A DNA stretch of 64,000 nucleotides, from NCBI GenBank assembly GCA_019058315.1, contig JAHPZH010000002.1, positions 1,165,910 to 1,229,909 of the forward strand, read 5' to 3'. The notes beneath the pieces are model-generated. The model did no database searches. It was given only the letters and a program-made list of their open reading frames with translations, and was not told the DNA's origin. Positions 1 to 10,134 of this stretch are shown here, one piece after another (within the stretch, counting starts at the first letter, position 1; the number at the start of each line of letters is the position of its first letter). Origin of the DNA: Candidatus Helarchaeota archaeon (GTDB lineage Archaea > Asgardarchaeota > Lokiarchaeia > Helarchaeales > RDOG01). The translations under genes and the position numbers were made by a program.

Positions 1-136
1 GATTTATCGAATTAAAATAATTTTTATTAAAGTATAATTACTAAAAAAATATCTGCAATAAATTTATGAAGGATGAAAACACATACATAGAATTATTCAT
101 CAGAATTGCATAAAAATCTTTTAGAAAAAATTAGAG

Positions 137-976
137 GTGTTTTGGATGCGTTATAAAGGTTTTAAACTTCTCAAAATTCGTATTGATCGCGGAGTTGCGT
201 TTGTAACTATTGATAATCCACCGATTAATGTTCTAACTATGGATTTAGTAGCAGAACTCAGCCGTTTAGCAACAAAGGTCAAAAAAGACGATGATGTACG
301 TGTAATCGTTTTTGATAGCGCCAATCCGGACTTTTTTATAGCTCATTTTGATGTTAATTTTCTCGCCCAAGCACCAGATGAAGTCCCACCTAAACCTACT
401 CAACCTCATGTGCTTCATCAAGTGAATGAAGCATTTCGTACTATGCCAAAGGTCTCAATTGCTAAGATTGAAGGTATAAATCGTGGTGGTGGTAGTGAGT
501 TTGTATTGGCTCTAGATATGAGGTTCGGAGCCATTGGTAAGGCTGTTCTGGCCCAACCAGAAATCATGATAGGTATAATACCCGGTGGGGGTAGCACACA
601 AAGACTTCCACGTCTCTTGGGGCGTTCCCGAGCTCTAGAAGTCGTGCTTAGTGGTTTGGACCTTTCAGCTGAATTGGCTGAAAAGTATGGGTACATAAAC
701 CGTGCTCTTCCTCCAGATAAAATAACGTCAGTTGTTAATGCTCTAGCCTATCGAATTGCTTCCTTCCCAGCTGAGACAATCGCATTAGCTAAAAAAGCTG
801 TACTGGCAGCCGAGGAGTTGCCGCTCAAAGAAGGGTTACTCGAAGAAGAACATTTATTTAATCAATCATTAGCTCTACCAGCAGCTAAGGAACGAATGAA
901 AATGTTCCTCGAATTTGGTGGTCAAACACGCGAAACGGAACTTAATTTGTCTAATTTATTAGATAAAATTAGTTAA
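137..976 (+). CDS. Enoyl-CoA hydratase/isomerase (crotonase) family protein
   Basis: VTIDNPPINVL, FFIAHFDV, GGGSEF and QPE..IG.IPGGG crotonase motifs. Confidence 0.9.
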   Translation: MFWMRYKGFKLLKIRIDRGVAFVTIDNPPINVLTMDLVAELSRLATKVKKDDDVRVIVFDSANPDFFIAHFDVNFLAQAPDEVPPKPTQPHVLHQVNEAFRTMPKVSIAKIEGINRGGGSEFVLALDMRFGAIGKAVLAQPEIMIGIIPGGGSTQRLPRLLGRSRALEVVLSGLDLSAELAEKYGYINRALPPDKITSVVNALAYRIASFPAETIALAKKAVLAAEELPLKEGLLEEEHLFNQSLALPAAKERMKMFLEFGGQTRETELNLSNLLDKIS

Positions 977-1021
977 AATTGAGAGCAATAACAATCTCCT
1001 TATTTTTTTAACAATGAGTTT

Positions 1022-2758
1022 ATGAGTGAAATTGTTATGACTGAAAAGGATGAAGTAAAGGAAAAATTGGTAGACCCCGAGTCTATAAAGGAATTGGAAA
1101 AAGAAAAACGGAAAAAATCCAGAAAAAAAAGAAGAGAAGAAGAACAAAAAATAATGTTTCCTACAAAGATGACCAGATATATTTGGTTTGTTATCATTTT
1201 CGCTTCACTTGTCAATGGTTTTGATAGTTGGTGTTCAGTTGCACTCAACTTGGCTATGGGATCATTAGTTGAAAATTATGATATTTTAGGGAAATTAACA
1301 AACCCGAATCTATTTGTATACTTTGGTCTCGCAGGCAGTCCTGTTACGATGGGGGTTATACTTAGCATTGCGGGGACTGGAGTCATTGCTGCAACTTCAT
1401 TTAAATACTTGACTGATAAATATGGTCGAAGACCATTAACCCTTTTGACCGCTATTCTCTTTACAGCTTTTACTGTTTTAACAGCATTTGCACCAGCAAC
1501 TTCCGAAGGTTTGTTAATATTTCTTACTTTTAGAGTTTGCTCAAATTTCTTTCTTGCTGCTGATGTTGTAATAATAATCGTAGCCGAAGAAAGTCCCAAT
1601 CATTTACGAGGACGGTTAATTGGAATAGTGTTTGCATTAAGTGCACTTGGAGGAACGGCTTGTGGGCTGGTTCAATCAGCAGGAGTTAGAATTCCGATCC
1701 CTGGTCCTTGGGGATTTGGTGGATCTTGGTCAAGTCACATGACTGTTTGGCAAAGTATGTTCTTTCTATCCATAATTGGCTATTTATTTATTATTCCTCT
1801 GTTTTTCTTTCTTAAGGAGACCGGACCATTTAAAGTCATGAAAAAATATGAGGATTGGAGAAAGAAGAAGGGGTTAAAACCTAAAACTGGTTGGTTTACT
1901 CCTCTACAAAGAAAATATGCACGTGGTCTAACTGTTGGTTGTGTTATTGTATTTCTAGCTCAATTGATGTATTTTTCTCAAGGAACATTTTTTGCACTTT
2001 ATTATGCAAAAGAACTTAATGTAAGTACTGGACGTTTGGGAATTTTATCATTCCCGGTGTTAGTATCGGGAGGGCTTGGGCTTTTTATAGCTGGTTCAGT
2101 TATTGATAGATGGGGAAGATTACCGACTCTACACCGGGCTGGTATGGGAGCTATGATCACAGGCGCTTCATATGCTTGGCCGTCTATATTCATTGCTGGC
2201 GATATACCAAATTCTCTTATTACAGGTATTGTAGTATTAAGTTTATCATTATTTATTTTTTTTGTTACATTAATGCTTGTATGTGGTGCTTTGGCTGGGA
2301 TCGAAATGGTGCCAACCCATATTCGCTCGACTACCCAAGGATGGATAGGAGCTATTTCTCGAGCAGCTGTGATGGCGGTCCCAATAATGGTAATGTTCGG
2401 AGCGGAAGCTGTAGGTGGATTAGGGCTTTCATATCAATTTATTTTTGCATTAAATGTAATGCCTTTAACAACAATTATGTTTACAGTTTACGTTTTGGCT
2501 GTTGAAGGAAAAGGACGTCAAATCGATGAAATAGTAGCTACAGAAATTTACTCTAAAATGAAGAGGGTGAGCGATTATAATAAACCTTATTACTACTATT
2601 TTCTTACTATGACTGCACAATTTACTTGCCTAACGATATACGGTCTCACAACAAATGGAACTCTTTTAGGCATAATTATAATGGTCAGTATATATTTTAG
2701 TATATCAATTATATGTTTTATAATAATTATAATTGTCCGAGGATGGTTCACAGAATAG
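1022..2758 (+). CDS. MFS transporter, paralog 1 (12 TM core plus ~2 extra C-terminal TMs)
   Basis: Motif A twice (LTDKYGRR, VIDRWGRL), AEESP..LRG, P.HIRST. The true start may be ATG 1037. Confidence 0.9.
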   Translation: MSEIVMTEKDEVKEKLVDPESIKELEKEKRKKSRKKRREEEQKIMFPTKMTRYIWFVIIFASLVNGFDSWCSVALNLAMGSLVENYDILGKLTNPNLFVYFGLAGSPVTMGVILSIAGTGVIAATSFKYLTDKYGRRPLTLLTAILFTAFTVLTAFAPATSEGLLIFLTFRVCSNFFLAADVVIIIVAEESPNHLRGRLIGIVFALSALGGTACGLVQSAGVRIPIPGPWGFGGSWSSHMTVWQSMFFLSIIGYLFIIPLFFFLKETGPFKVMKKYEDWRKKKGLKPKTGWFTPLQRKYARGLTVGCVIVFLAQLMYFSQGTFFALYYAKELNVSTGRLGILSFPVLVSGGLGLFIAGSVIDRWGRLPTLHRAGMGAMITGASYAWPSIFIAGDIPNSLITGIVVLSLSLFIFFVTLMLVCGALAGIEMVPTHIRSTTQGWIGAISRAAVMAVPIMVMFGAEAVGGLGLSYQFIFALNVMPLTTIMFTVYVLAVEGKGRQIDEIVATEIYSKMKRVSDYNKPYYYYFLTMTAQFTCLTIYGLTTNGTLLGIIIMVSIYFSISIICFIIIIIVRGWFTE

Positions 2759-2830
2759 AAACTATATTCAAATACCTCTCTGACAAATTTAAGAGAAATT
2801 GAGTAATTAACAGTCCAAGAGGGATATTAT

Positions 2831-2962
2831 TTACCTCCCTAACCACTCCTGAAATGAAAATAGAGGATCTCCTTTAAAAAATTCTAGATATATTAATGTA
2901 ATAATGATAAAAAATATACATAAACCAATGGCTACAACAGTATAGATTTGATAATTTTCCAT
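2831..2962 (-). CDS. Unannotated 43-aa single-TM membrane microprotein, copy 1 (MENYQIYTVVAIGLCIFFIIITLIYLEFFKGDPLFSFQEWLGR)
   Basis: Hand translation. ATG start with AAGGT upstream. 24/43 aa identical to the same-length copy at 4910-5041. Confidence 0.8.
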   Translation of the reverse strand: MENYQIYTVVAIGLCIFFIIITLIYLEFFKGDPLFSFQEWLGR

Positions 2963-3099
2963 CTTGTTTACCTTTTGAATCCTATAATTTAAATATATAT
3001 TTGAATATGTAGTTGTTTACCAAATTATTAAATTCTTATAATTTAAATTTTGAATTTGGAAATAATAACAAAAACCCCATTATATTTGACAAGGAGATT

Positions 3100-4836
3100 A
3101 TGCGAGAGATTTGTATGACTGAGAAGGACGAAGTAAAGGAAATAATTGCAGATCCAGAGTCTGTAAAAAAATTAGAAAAAGAAGAACGCAAAAAATCCAG
3201 AAAAAAAAGACGAGAAGAAGAAGAAAAAATAATGTTTCCTACAAAGATGACCAGATATATTTGGTTTGTCATAATCTTCGCTTCAATTGTCAATGGATTC
3301 GACAGTTGGTGTACAGTAGCAATCACTTTAGCTATGGGATCACTGGTAGAAACATATGATATTTTGGGGAGTTTAACAAATCCTAATCTTTTTGTATATT
3401 TTGGTCTCGCAGGCAGTCCTGTTACGATGGGGGTTATACTTAGCATTGCGGGGACTGGAGTCATTGCTGCAACTTCATTTAAATATCTGGTTGATAAATA
3501 TGGTAGAAGACCATTAACTCTTTGGACTTGTATTCTATTTACAGCTTTTTCTGTTTTAACTGCGTTCGCACCAGCTACATCTACTGGATTGGTAATATTT
3601 TTAATATTTAGAGTTTGCTCAAATTACTTTCTTGCTGCTGATGTTGTAATAATAATCGTAGCCGAAGAAAGCCCAAACCACTTACGAGGACGATTAATTG
3701 GAATAGTTTTTGCATTAAGCGCATTTGGTGGAACAGCTTGTGGAATGGTCCAATCAGCAGGAGTTCGAATTCCGATTGCTGGACCTTGGGGATTTAATGG
3801 AGCTTGGTCAAGTCACATGACTGTTTGGCAAAGCATGTTCTTCCTATCCATAATTGGCTACTTATTTATTATTCCACTATTTTTATTTCTTAAGGAGACT
3901 GGACCATTTAAAGTAATGAAAAAATATGAGGATTGGAGAAAGAAGAAGGGGTTAAAGCCTAAAACTGGTTGGTTTACTCCTTTACAAAGAAAATATGCAC
4001 GGGGTATGGCAGCTGGTTGCGTTGTAGGGTTTTTAGCTCAATTAATGGCATATGCTCAAGGTACATTTTTTGCAATTTATTTTGCAAAAGAATTGAATTT
4101 AACTCCTGATGTGTTAGGAGTTTTAGCATTCCCTGTATTAATGGCTGGAGGAGTTGGACTTTTTATAGCTGGTCCAGTTATTGATAAATGGGGTAGACTA
4201 CCTACTATTCATAGATTCGGTGTTGGAGGTTTAATTGCATATGCATCATTCGTATGGCCTTCTGTTTTTATTGTTGGTGACTTACCCAATGCCCTTATTA
4301 CTGGTATAGTCACATTCAGCACCGCTTTGGGTGCCTTTTGTGTTACTATAATGGTTGTTTGTGGTGCACTTATTGGTATTGAATATTTTCCAACTCATAT
4401 CCGAAGTACTGCAGGGGGATGGATCGGTGCAATCTCAAGAGGAGCCGTTATGGCTGCCCCAATAATGGTGATGTTCGGGGCTGAAAGCATAGGTGGGTTA
4501 GGGTTATCATATCAGTATATATTCGCACTTATGGGAATGCCGTTGACGACTGTTATGTTTACCGCTTATGTATTGGGTGCTGAAGGGAAAGGTCGGGGAC
4601 TTGATGAGATAGTAGCTGCAGAAATCTATACTAAAATGAAGAAAGATAGGGAGTATAAGAGACCATATTATTACTATTTTATTTCTATGATTGTACAATT
4701 CGTTTCCCTTACAATATACGGTCTTTGTACTAGCGGAAGCATTTTTGGCATAATTTCAATGGTTAGTTTATATTTTATTTTATCAGTAATATGTTTCCTT
4801 ATAATAATGAAGGTTCGAGGAATGGTCACAGAGTAA
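3100..4836 (+). CDS. MFS transporter, paralog 2
   Basis: Colinear with 1022-2758. Start reassigned from TTG 3013 to ATG 3100 (or 3115) by alignment: MREICMTEKDEV vs MSEIVMTEKDEV. Confidence 0.9.
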   Translation: MREICMTEKDEVKEIIADPESVKKLEKEERKKSRKKRREEEEKIMFPTKMTRYIWFVIIFASIVNGFDSWCTVAITLAMGSLVETYDILGSLTNPNLFVYFGLAGSPVTMGVILSIAGTGVIAATSFKYLVDKYGRRPLTLWTCILFTAFSVLTAFAPATSTGLVIFLIFRVCSNYFLAADVVIIIVAEESPNHLRGRLIGIVFALSAFGGTACGMVQSAGVRIPIAGPWGFNGAWSSHMTVWQSMFFLSIIGYLFIIPLFLFLKETGPFKVMKKYEDWRKKKGLKPKTGWFTPLQRKYARGMAAGCVVGFLAQLMAYAQGTFFAIYFAKELNLTPDVLGVLAFPVLMAGGVGLFIAGPVIDKWGRLPTIHRFGVGGLIAYASFVWPSVFIVGDLPNALITGIVTFSTALGAFCVTIMVVCGALIGIEYFPTHIRSTAGGWIGAISRGAVMAAPIMVMFGAESIGGLGLSYQYIFALMGMPLTTVMFTAYVLGAEGKGRGLDEIVAAEIYTKMKKDREYKRPYYYYFISMIVQFVSLTIYGLCTSGSIFGIISMVSLYFILSVICFLIIMKVRGMVTE

Positions 4837-4909
4837 GGATTTATATTTAAATATGGTTTTAATCAAATTAAGAATGATCTACTCTCTATTAAAAAATAAG
4901 GGAAATCTT

Positions 4910-5041
4910 TTATCTCCCTAACCAATCCTGAAGTGCAAATAGAGGATCACTTTTAAAAAATACAAGATAGGTTATTGTAACAATTACAAAAATTAAACTT
5001 ACACCAATAACTGCAATAGTATAAACTTTATAATCTTCCAA
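4910..5041 (-). CDS. Unannotated 43-aa single-TM membrane microprotein, copy 2 (MEDYKVYTIAVIGVSLIFVIVTITYLVFFKSDPLFALQDWLGR)
   Basis: Hand translation. TTG start (alternative GTG at 5050). Conserved FFKxDPLFxxQxWLGR* tail shared with copy 1. Confidence 0.78.
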   Translation of the reverse strand: MEDYKVYTIAVIGVSLIFVIVTITYLVFFKSDPLFALQDWLGR

Positions 5042-5212
5042 TTTATTCACAGCTTCTTTTTTTTTCCTTTATTTTTCATATTAATACTTAATAATTTTTA
5101 TCTTAATTTTCTGTTTTGAAAGAAAATATGATAAATCTTCTTATAAATTGAACTTTATTTTTATTGGATAAAAAAAAATAGATTTCATACATTTTAAAAA
5201 GAAATTTCAGCA

Positions 5213-7012
5213 CTATAAGCTGAAATATCGCCTTTTTTGAGAATCATCCATACCCTTAATCCAAAAAAATGCGTCTTCTTTATTATCTACTAAATTATTT
5301 TTTCCTTTTAAAATACTGTTCCATGGAAAAGATTTTGGATCAAACAGACCTATTCCTGAATCTGTCCACCATTCAATGCGTTGTTTTATCATTTCAAGAG
5401 AACGATGGTCCCAAACTTGAAAAGAAGTATAACATTGGAATGTATCCATTTTTCTCATAGCTTGAAAAATTTTTTGAGTGATAATATTTTTTCGTCTTTT
5501 AGAATCAAGAGAATAATATTGAAAAAGTAGAATTAAAATTTCAGTCGCTTCCTGAATACTTTTCAATGGTTCTAGTACTTCTTTTTGTTGTTTAATTATC
5601 CTTTTTAAAATTTTGTTGCATTCTTTTAATTTATCACCGTCTAAAGTTCTCCAAAAATCCTCAAGTAATAAAATTGCATTTTTAACATCTTCTTTTTCGT
5701 TCATAGAAGATGAAAGCAAACCCGCAACTTCGCTGCTGATTTCATTACCTCCAATTTCAGGATTCCAAAGATATCTTCCGAAAACATAATCATCGATAAA
5801 ACGGGTTTTAGGTAATACCCTATACCCAACCATACCTTTCAAATTTGGACCTAATGCTTTTATTGAATCTGTTATTCTTTCTTTTAACAAATGTATATGA
5901 GGTCTTGGAAATATCAATTGGTTTTCCATACCAGCTTCTGGATCGATTAAAAATACAAAATCATATACCTCGTAACCTTGCTCTATAGCCATTTTTAGTG
6001 TTTTTTGGGTTATATCTAAAATCTTAATATCCTTTGGAAATTTCGAAAATAATTGATCTCGGAGCCCCTCGATAGGTGGAATTTCAAAATCTTCTTTAAT
6101 ATTCGCAAACCAGGTCATAAAGAAGAGCCGTTTCGAGTTTCCATTTTCTTTAATAAATTTCAGATGTTCAACAAGTAGATCGGCAATATTATTCCTACAA
6201 TATTCGCAATTACAACCTCCACCTTCAAAAGAAATCGAAGCATGACTAGGAACTGTATTAAATCTTTTAATTGTGTATTTAAGGAGTTTATCACCAATCG
6301 CTTTTCCTTTTTGGGTACAATGAGTAACTCCCTGATAAAGAAAGATTTCTGCTCTAATCTCTGGGAATTTAATCCATAATTCGGTAGGGATTTCATCAAA
6401 AACATATAATGAAATGATTTCAAGACCTATATCTGCGGCATATTTAAATACTTTATCTAAAACGTCATATCTCCATGCATTTTTTTCCAATTCTTCGTAA
6501 TCAGGATGATATAACATTACTGCATGCATTATAAACATAATTGAGTTGTAATTAAATGACCGAAGCCTATTGAAATATTCTTTCCACTGTGAGAACGTCC
6601 AATTTTCAGTCGAAAGATCCCCTAATCCATAAGGCATATTTACCATCATACAACGTGTTTCAAAGAATGGAGTTTCAAATATATTCCAATCAATTGAAAA
6701 AGGATCTTGTGTTTGCTGTTCCTTTAGCTTCATATGTAGATAATATATTCCATTTGCAAGACCTTGGTCCCCTATAGATGAAATAAAAATATCTTCATTT
6801 TTGCTATAAATTAGAAAATCATCAATTTTTTTCAGTTTATTTGCATTCTCTAAATTTAATTTTCGAATTTCTTCTGAATTATTTTGCAAAGTTAGAAAAG
6901 TAATAGTTCTAGTTGAATTTGAATCTGATTCTCCAATCCAACTTGCTAAAACCTTAATAGCTTGTTCAATTTGTTTGGTTTTATTATTATTATAACTTAT
7001 TTTATAAGTCAT
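5213..7012 (-). CDS. Uncharacterised ~600-aa glycoside-hydrolase-like (GH20/GH67-type N-domain + TIM barrel) protein, paralog 1
   Basis: IGDQGLANGIYYL and TPFFETR resemble hexosaminidase domain-2/barrel junction. FEGGGCNCEYCR and DPEAGME motifs. No signal peptide. Confidence 0.5.
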   Translation of the reverse strand: MTYKISYNNNKTKQIEQAIKVLASWIGESDSNSTRTITFLTLQNNSEEIRKLNLENANKLKKIDDFLIYSKNEDIFISSIGDQGLANGIYYLHMKLKEQQTQDPFSIDWNIFETPFFETRCMMVNMPYGLGDLSTENWTFSQWKEYFNRLRSFNYNSIMFIMHAVMLYHPDYEELEKNAWRYDVLDKVFKYAADIGLEIISLYVFDEIPTELWIKFPEIRAEIFLYQGVTHCTQKGKAIGDKLLKYTIKRFNTVPSHASISFEGGGCNCEYCRNNIADLLVEHLKFIKENGNSKRLFFMTWFANIKEDFEIPPIEGLRDQLFSKFPKDIKILDITQKTLKMAIEQGYEVYDFVFLIDPEAGMENQLIFPRPHIHLLKERITDSIKALGPNLKGMVGYRVLPKTRFIDDYVFGRYLWNPEIGGNEISSEVAGLLSSSMNEKEDVKNAILLLEDFWRTLDGDKLKECNKILKRIIKQQKEVLEPLKSIQEATEILILLFQYYSLDSKRRKNIITQKIFQAMRKMDTFQCYTSFQVWDHRSLEMIKQRIEWWTDSGIGLFDPKSFPWNSILKGKNNLVDNKEDAFFWIKGMDDSQKRRYFSL

Positions 7013-7154
7013 TTCTTTTCAACATATTTCCATTTGTAGAGTGTATGCAATTTTTATATTTTAATTATTTAACTTTTTCGCAAATTTAAATTTACAAATG
7101 TTCTAGATTTATTGACATTTGAAAGTAAAGATTTTTAGTTTTACATAAAATATG

Positions 7155-8963
7155 TTATCCCCAAAATTGCGGAATTCTCATACCTTTAATCCAAGGTTGA
7201 ACATCTTTTTTCTCATCAATTAAATGATATTTTGCTTTTAAAAGACAGTTCCATGGAAATGATTTTGGATTAAAAAGTCCACTTCCAGGATCTGTCCACC
7301 AACGAACTCGCTGTTTTATCATCTCAAGTGACACAGCATTCCAAGCTTGATATGAGGTATAGCACTGGAATGTGTCCATCTCCCTCATAAGTTGAAATAT
7401 TTTTTGAATAAGCCCCTGTCTTCGTCTTTGGGAGTCAATCGAATAATATCGAAAGAGCAATTCTAAAATTATAATCGCTTCTTGGATGCTTTTCAATGGT
7501 TCTGATATATTTTTATTTTTTTTATTAACCATTTTTAAAATATTCTTACATTCCTTTAATTTTTCACCGTCAAAAGTTCTCCAAAAATCCTCAAGTAATA
7601 GAATTGCATTGGTTACGTTTTCTTTTTCCTTTATAGAAGAAGATAGCAAACCCGCAACTTCGCTAATGATGTTATTAACTTCAATTCCAGGATTCCAAAG
7701 ATATCTGCCTAAAAGATAATCATTAATAAAACGCGTTTTAGGTATTAATCTATAACCAACCATTCCTTTAAGATTTGAACCTAATGCTTTTATTGAATCT
7801 GAGATTCGTTCTTTTAACAAATTTATATGAGGTTTAGGAAAAAGGGATTGATTTTCCATACCTTCTTCAGGATCTATGAAAAATATAAAATCATATATCT
7901 CATAACCTTGATTTGCTGCCATTTTTAACGTTTTTCTGTTCACATCTATAATTTTTACTTCCTTTGGAACCTTAGAAAACAATTTTTCACGAAGTCCTTC
8001 AATTGGGGGTGATTCAAAATGCTCTTTTACATTGGCAAACCAGGTGCAAAAAAATAAATGCTTTGGTTGTGCATTTTTATTAATAAAATCCAAATAATTT
8101 ATAATAAGATCGACAATGTTGTTCCTACAATATTCACAATTGCATACTCCTCCCTCAAATGCAAACAGAGCATGACCATCCACATTTTTAAATCTATTGA
8201 GGGTGTAACTAAAAAGTTTTTCTCCAAACTTTCTTCCTTTTTCGCTACAATATGAAATACCTTGATAACCAAAGACTTTCGCTCTGATTTCTTGATGTTT
8301 AATCCATAAATCTGTTGGAATTTGATTAAAAACATATATTAAAATGATTTCTAGACCTATATCCCTTGCATAAGTAAAAACTTCTTCAAATATATCATAT
8401 TTCCAAGAATTTTTTCTCAATTCTTTAAAATTAGGATTATATAGCATCGCTCCTCCAATTGTAAACACAATCGAAGTATAGTTAAAAGATCGAAGTCTAT
8501 TTAGATACTCTATCCACTGTGAAAAAGTCCAAGTTTCAGTAGATAGCCCCCCCAAACCCAATGGAAAATGTAAGGTCACCCCTCGAGTTTCAAAATGTGG
8601 TGTTTGAAAAAGATCCCAATTAATGGAGAATGGGTCTTGTTTTTGACATTCTCTTAATTTCATGTACAAATAATATATAGCATTTGCAAGCCCTCGGTCC
8701 CCAATGGACAAAATAAAAATCTTATTTTCTTTATCTTGATTGTTTTTATTGTCACTAGAAATTAAAAAATCATCTACTTTTTTTAGATTATTCACTTTCT
8801 CTAAATTTAATTTTTGAATTTCTTTTGAATTATTTTGAAGTGTAAGAAAATTAAAAGTGTTTTTAGCATTTGAATCAGGTTTTCCAGCCCAACTTGTAAA
8901 AACCTTAATAGCTTGTTCGATTTGTTTGTTCCTATTTTTATTAAAATATATTTTGTAGGTCAA
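7155..8963 (-). CDS. GH-like ~600-aa protein, paralog 2
   Basis: Colinear with 5213-7012. FEGGVCNCEYCR, DPEEGME. TTG start. Confidence 0.5.
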   Translation of the reverse strand: MTYKIYFNKNRNKQIEQAIKVFTSWAGKPDSNAKNTFNFLTLQNNSKEIQKLNLEKVNNLKKVDDFLISSDNKNNQDKENKIFILSIGDRGLANAIYYLYMKLRECQKQDPFSINWDLFQTPHFETRGVTLHFPLGLGGLSTETWTFSQWIEYLNRLRSFNYTSIVFTIGGAMLYNPNFKELRKNSWKYDIFEEVFTYARDIGLEIILIYVFNQIPTDLWIKHQEIRAKVFGYQGISYCSEKGRKFGEKLFSYTLNRFKNVDGHALFAFEGGVCNCEYCRNNIVDLIINYLDFINKNAQPKHLFFCTWFANVKEHFESPPIEGLREKLFSKVPKEVKIIDVNRKTLKMAANQGYEIYDFIFFIDPEEGMENQSLFPKPHINLLKERISDSIKALGSNLKGMVGYRLIPKTRFINDYLLGRYLWNPGIEVNNIISEVAGLLSSSIKEKENVTNAILLLEDFWRTFDGEKLKECKNILKMVNKKNKNISEPLKSIQEAIIILELLFRYYSIDSQRRRQGLIQKIFQLMREMDTFQCYTSYQAWNAVSLEMIKQRVRWWTDPGSGLFNPKSFPWNCLLKAKYHLIDEKKDVQPWIKGMRIPQFWG

Positions 8964-9144
8964 TTAAAATTCACTATTGTTTATAAATTGGGGATATTCT
9001 CCTTATAAATCAGTTTTATATAACAGTTCTGCAATTCTAGAGCATATTTAATTACTAGTTTAAGGATATTTAAACGTCATACAATAAATATTTAAATAAA
9101 TGTTATCTAGTTTAGGTCATTAATTTTGGTTTAAAAAGATTTAT

Positions 9145-9927
9145 TTGGTGAAAAAAATGACAGTAACATTGGAATATTACTTTCAATTTTATTCAAACAA
9201 GCTATTTGGTCGTTCAATTTTTTCAGACCCAATGGAACTATTTTTATTTACAATTTCCTTTTTAAGCTTATTGTTTTTAATTGGTATAATATGGACATTA
9301 TATAACGGTTATAAAGAAACTAGAGTTATTGAAACTTTATTATTTTTATTAAGTATGATCTCTTTTTTAATTGCTGGTGTACTTGGAAGCATAGAGAGAA
9401 TAAGTTATTCGACTTGGGGTTTACCTCAACTCGGAGATCTCCTACATATAATCGTTTTATTTCCTATGCAATTTTCATTTCTATGTGTTAATACCTTTGC
9501 AATACGGATTACATTTCCCGAAAAATTCAATATGATTATTTCTTTCTTAATCGTACTATCCACTATTTTGATAACTATTATAACCTGGGCAATGATTCAG
9601 GGACCTCCTTATGCGATCATAATTAATTTTGCTGTGGTTCATTCCAATGAGGTCGGGATAGTAGTTTTAGCAACCCTTGCACCAGTTGCTGTAATGCCAC
9701 TAGCTATTTTCTTTTATTCGGCTAAGAAAATTCGAGATGAAGATAGACCAAAAAGTAATCGTTCTTTCTGGTTTGGAATGGGATTTTTATTTTTTACTTT
9801 AGGTGCAGGTTTAACAACACCTACTACCCCATATTTTGCTGTTTTCAGCATTTTTGCTGCATTTACTCTCTATGTTTGCTTTAGAATGCCAAACTGGTTC
9901 AAACGACACATAGGATGGATTGAATAA
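9145..9927 (+). CDS. 7-TM membrane protein of unknown function, paralog 1
   Basis: Seven hydrophobic segments, C-terminal MPNWFKRHIGW. Likely start ATG 9157 after GGTGA. Confidence 0.7.
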   Translation: MVKKMTVTLEYYFQFYSNKLFGRSIFSDPMELFLFTISFLSLLFLIGIIWTLYNGYKETRVIETLLFLLSMISFLIAGVLGSIERISYSTWGLPQLGDLLHIIVLFPMQFSFLCVNTFAIRITFPEKFNMIISFLIVLSTILITIITWAMIQGPPYAIIINFAVVHSNEVGIVVLATLAPVAVMPLAIFFYSAKKIRDEDRPKSNRSFWFGMGFLFFTLGAGLTTPTTPYFAVFSIFAAFTLYVCFRMPNWFKRHIGWIE

Positions 9928-10134
9928 CTCATTTATATGTGCTCATAAATCACCAATGAGTCCTTTATTAAAGAACAAAGAACAATAATTAATAATCAAA
10001 TACACTTGTAGAACAATTTATGCTTTAGAAAACAACCAAAAAAAAATTAAATCCAAAGATTTTAAAATTAAGGATTTAATAAAACTTCTTGCAGTTATTA
10101 AAATTCAACTGAAAATCTAAAAAGGATGCAATGA

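Noticed and set aside
2759-5050. Repeated intergenic sequence as an ncRNA or MITE
   Set aside because: Differences preserve a 43-codon reading frame. No terminal inverted repeats or evident conserved stems.
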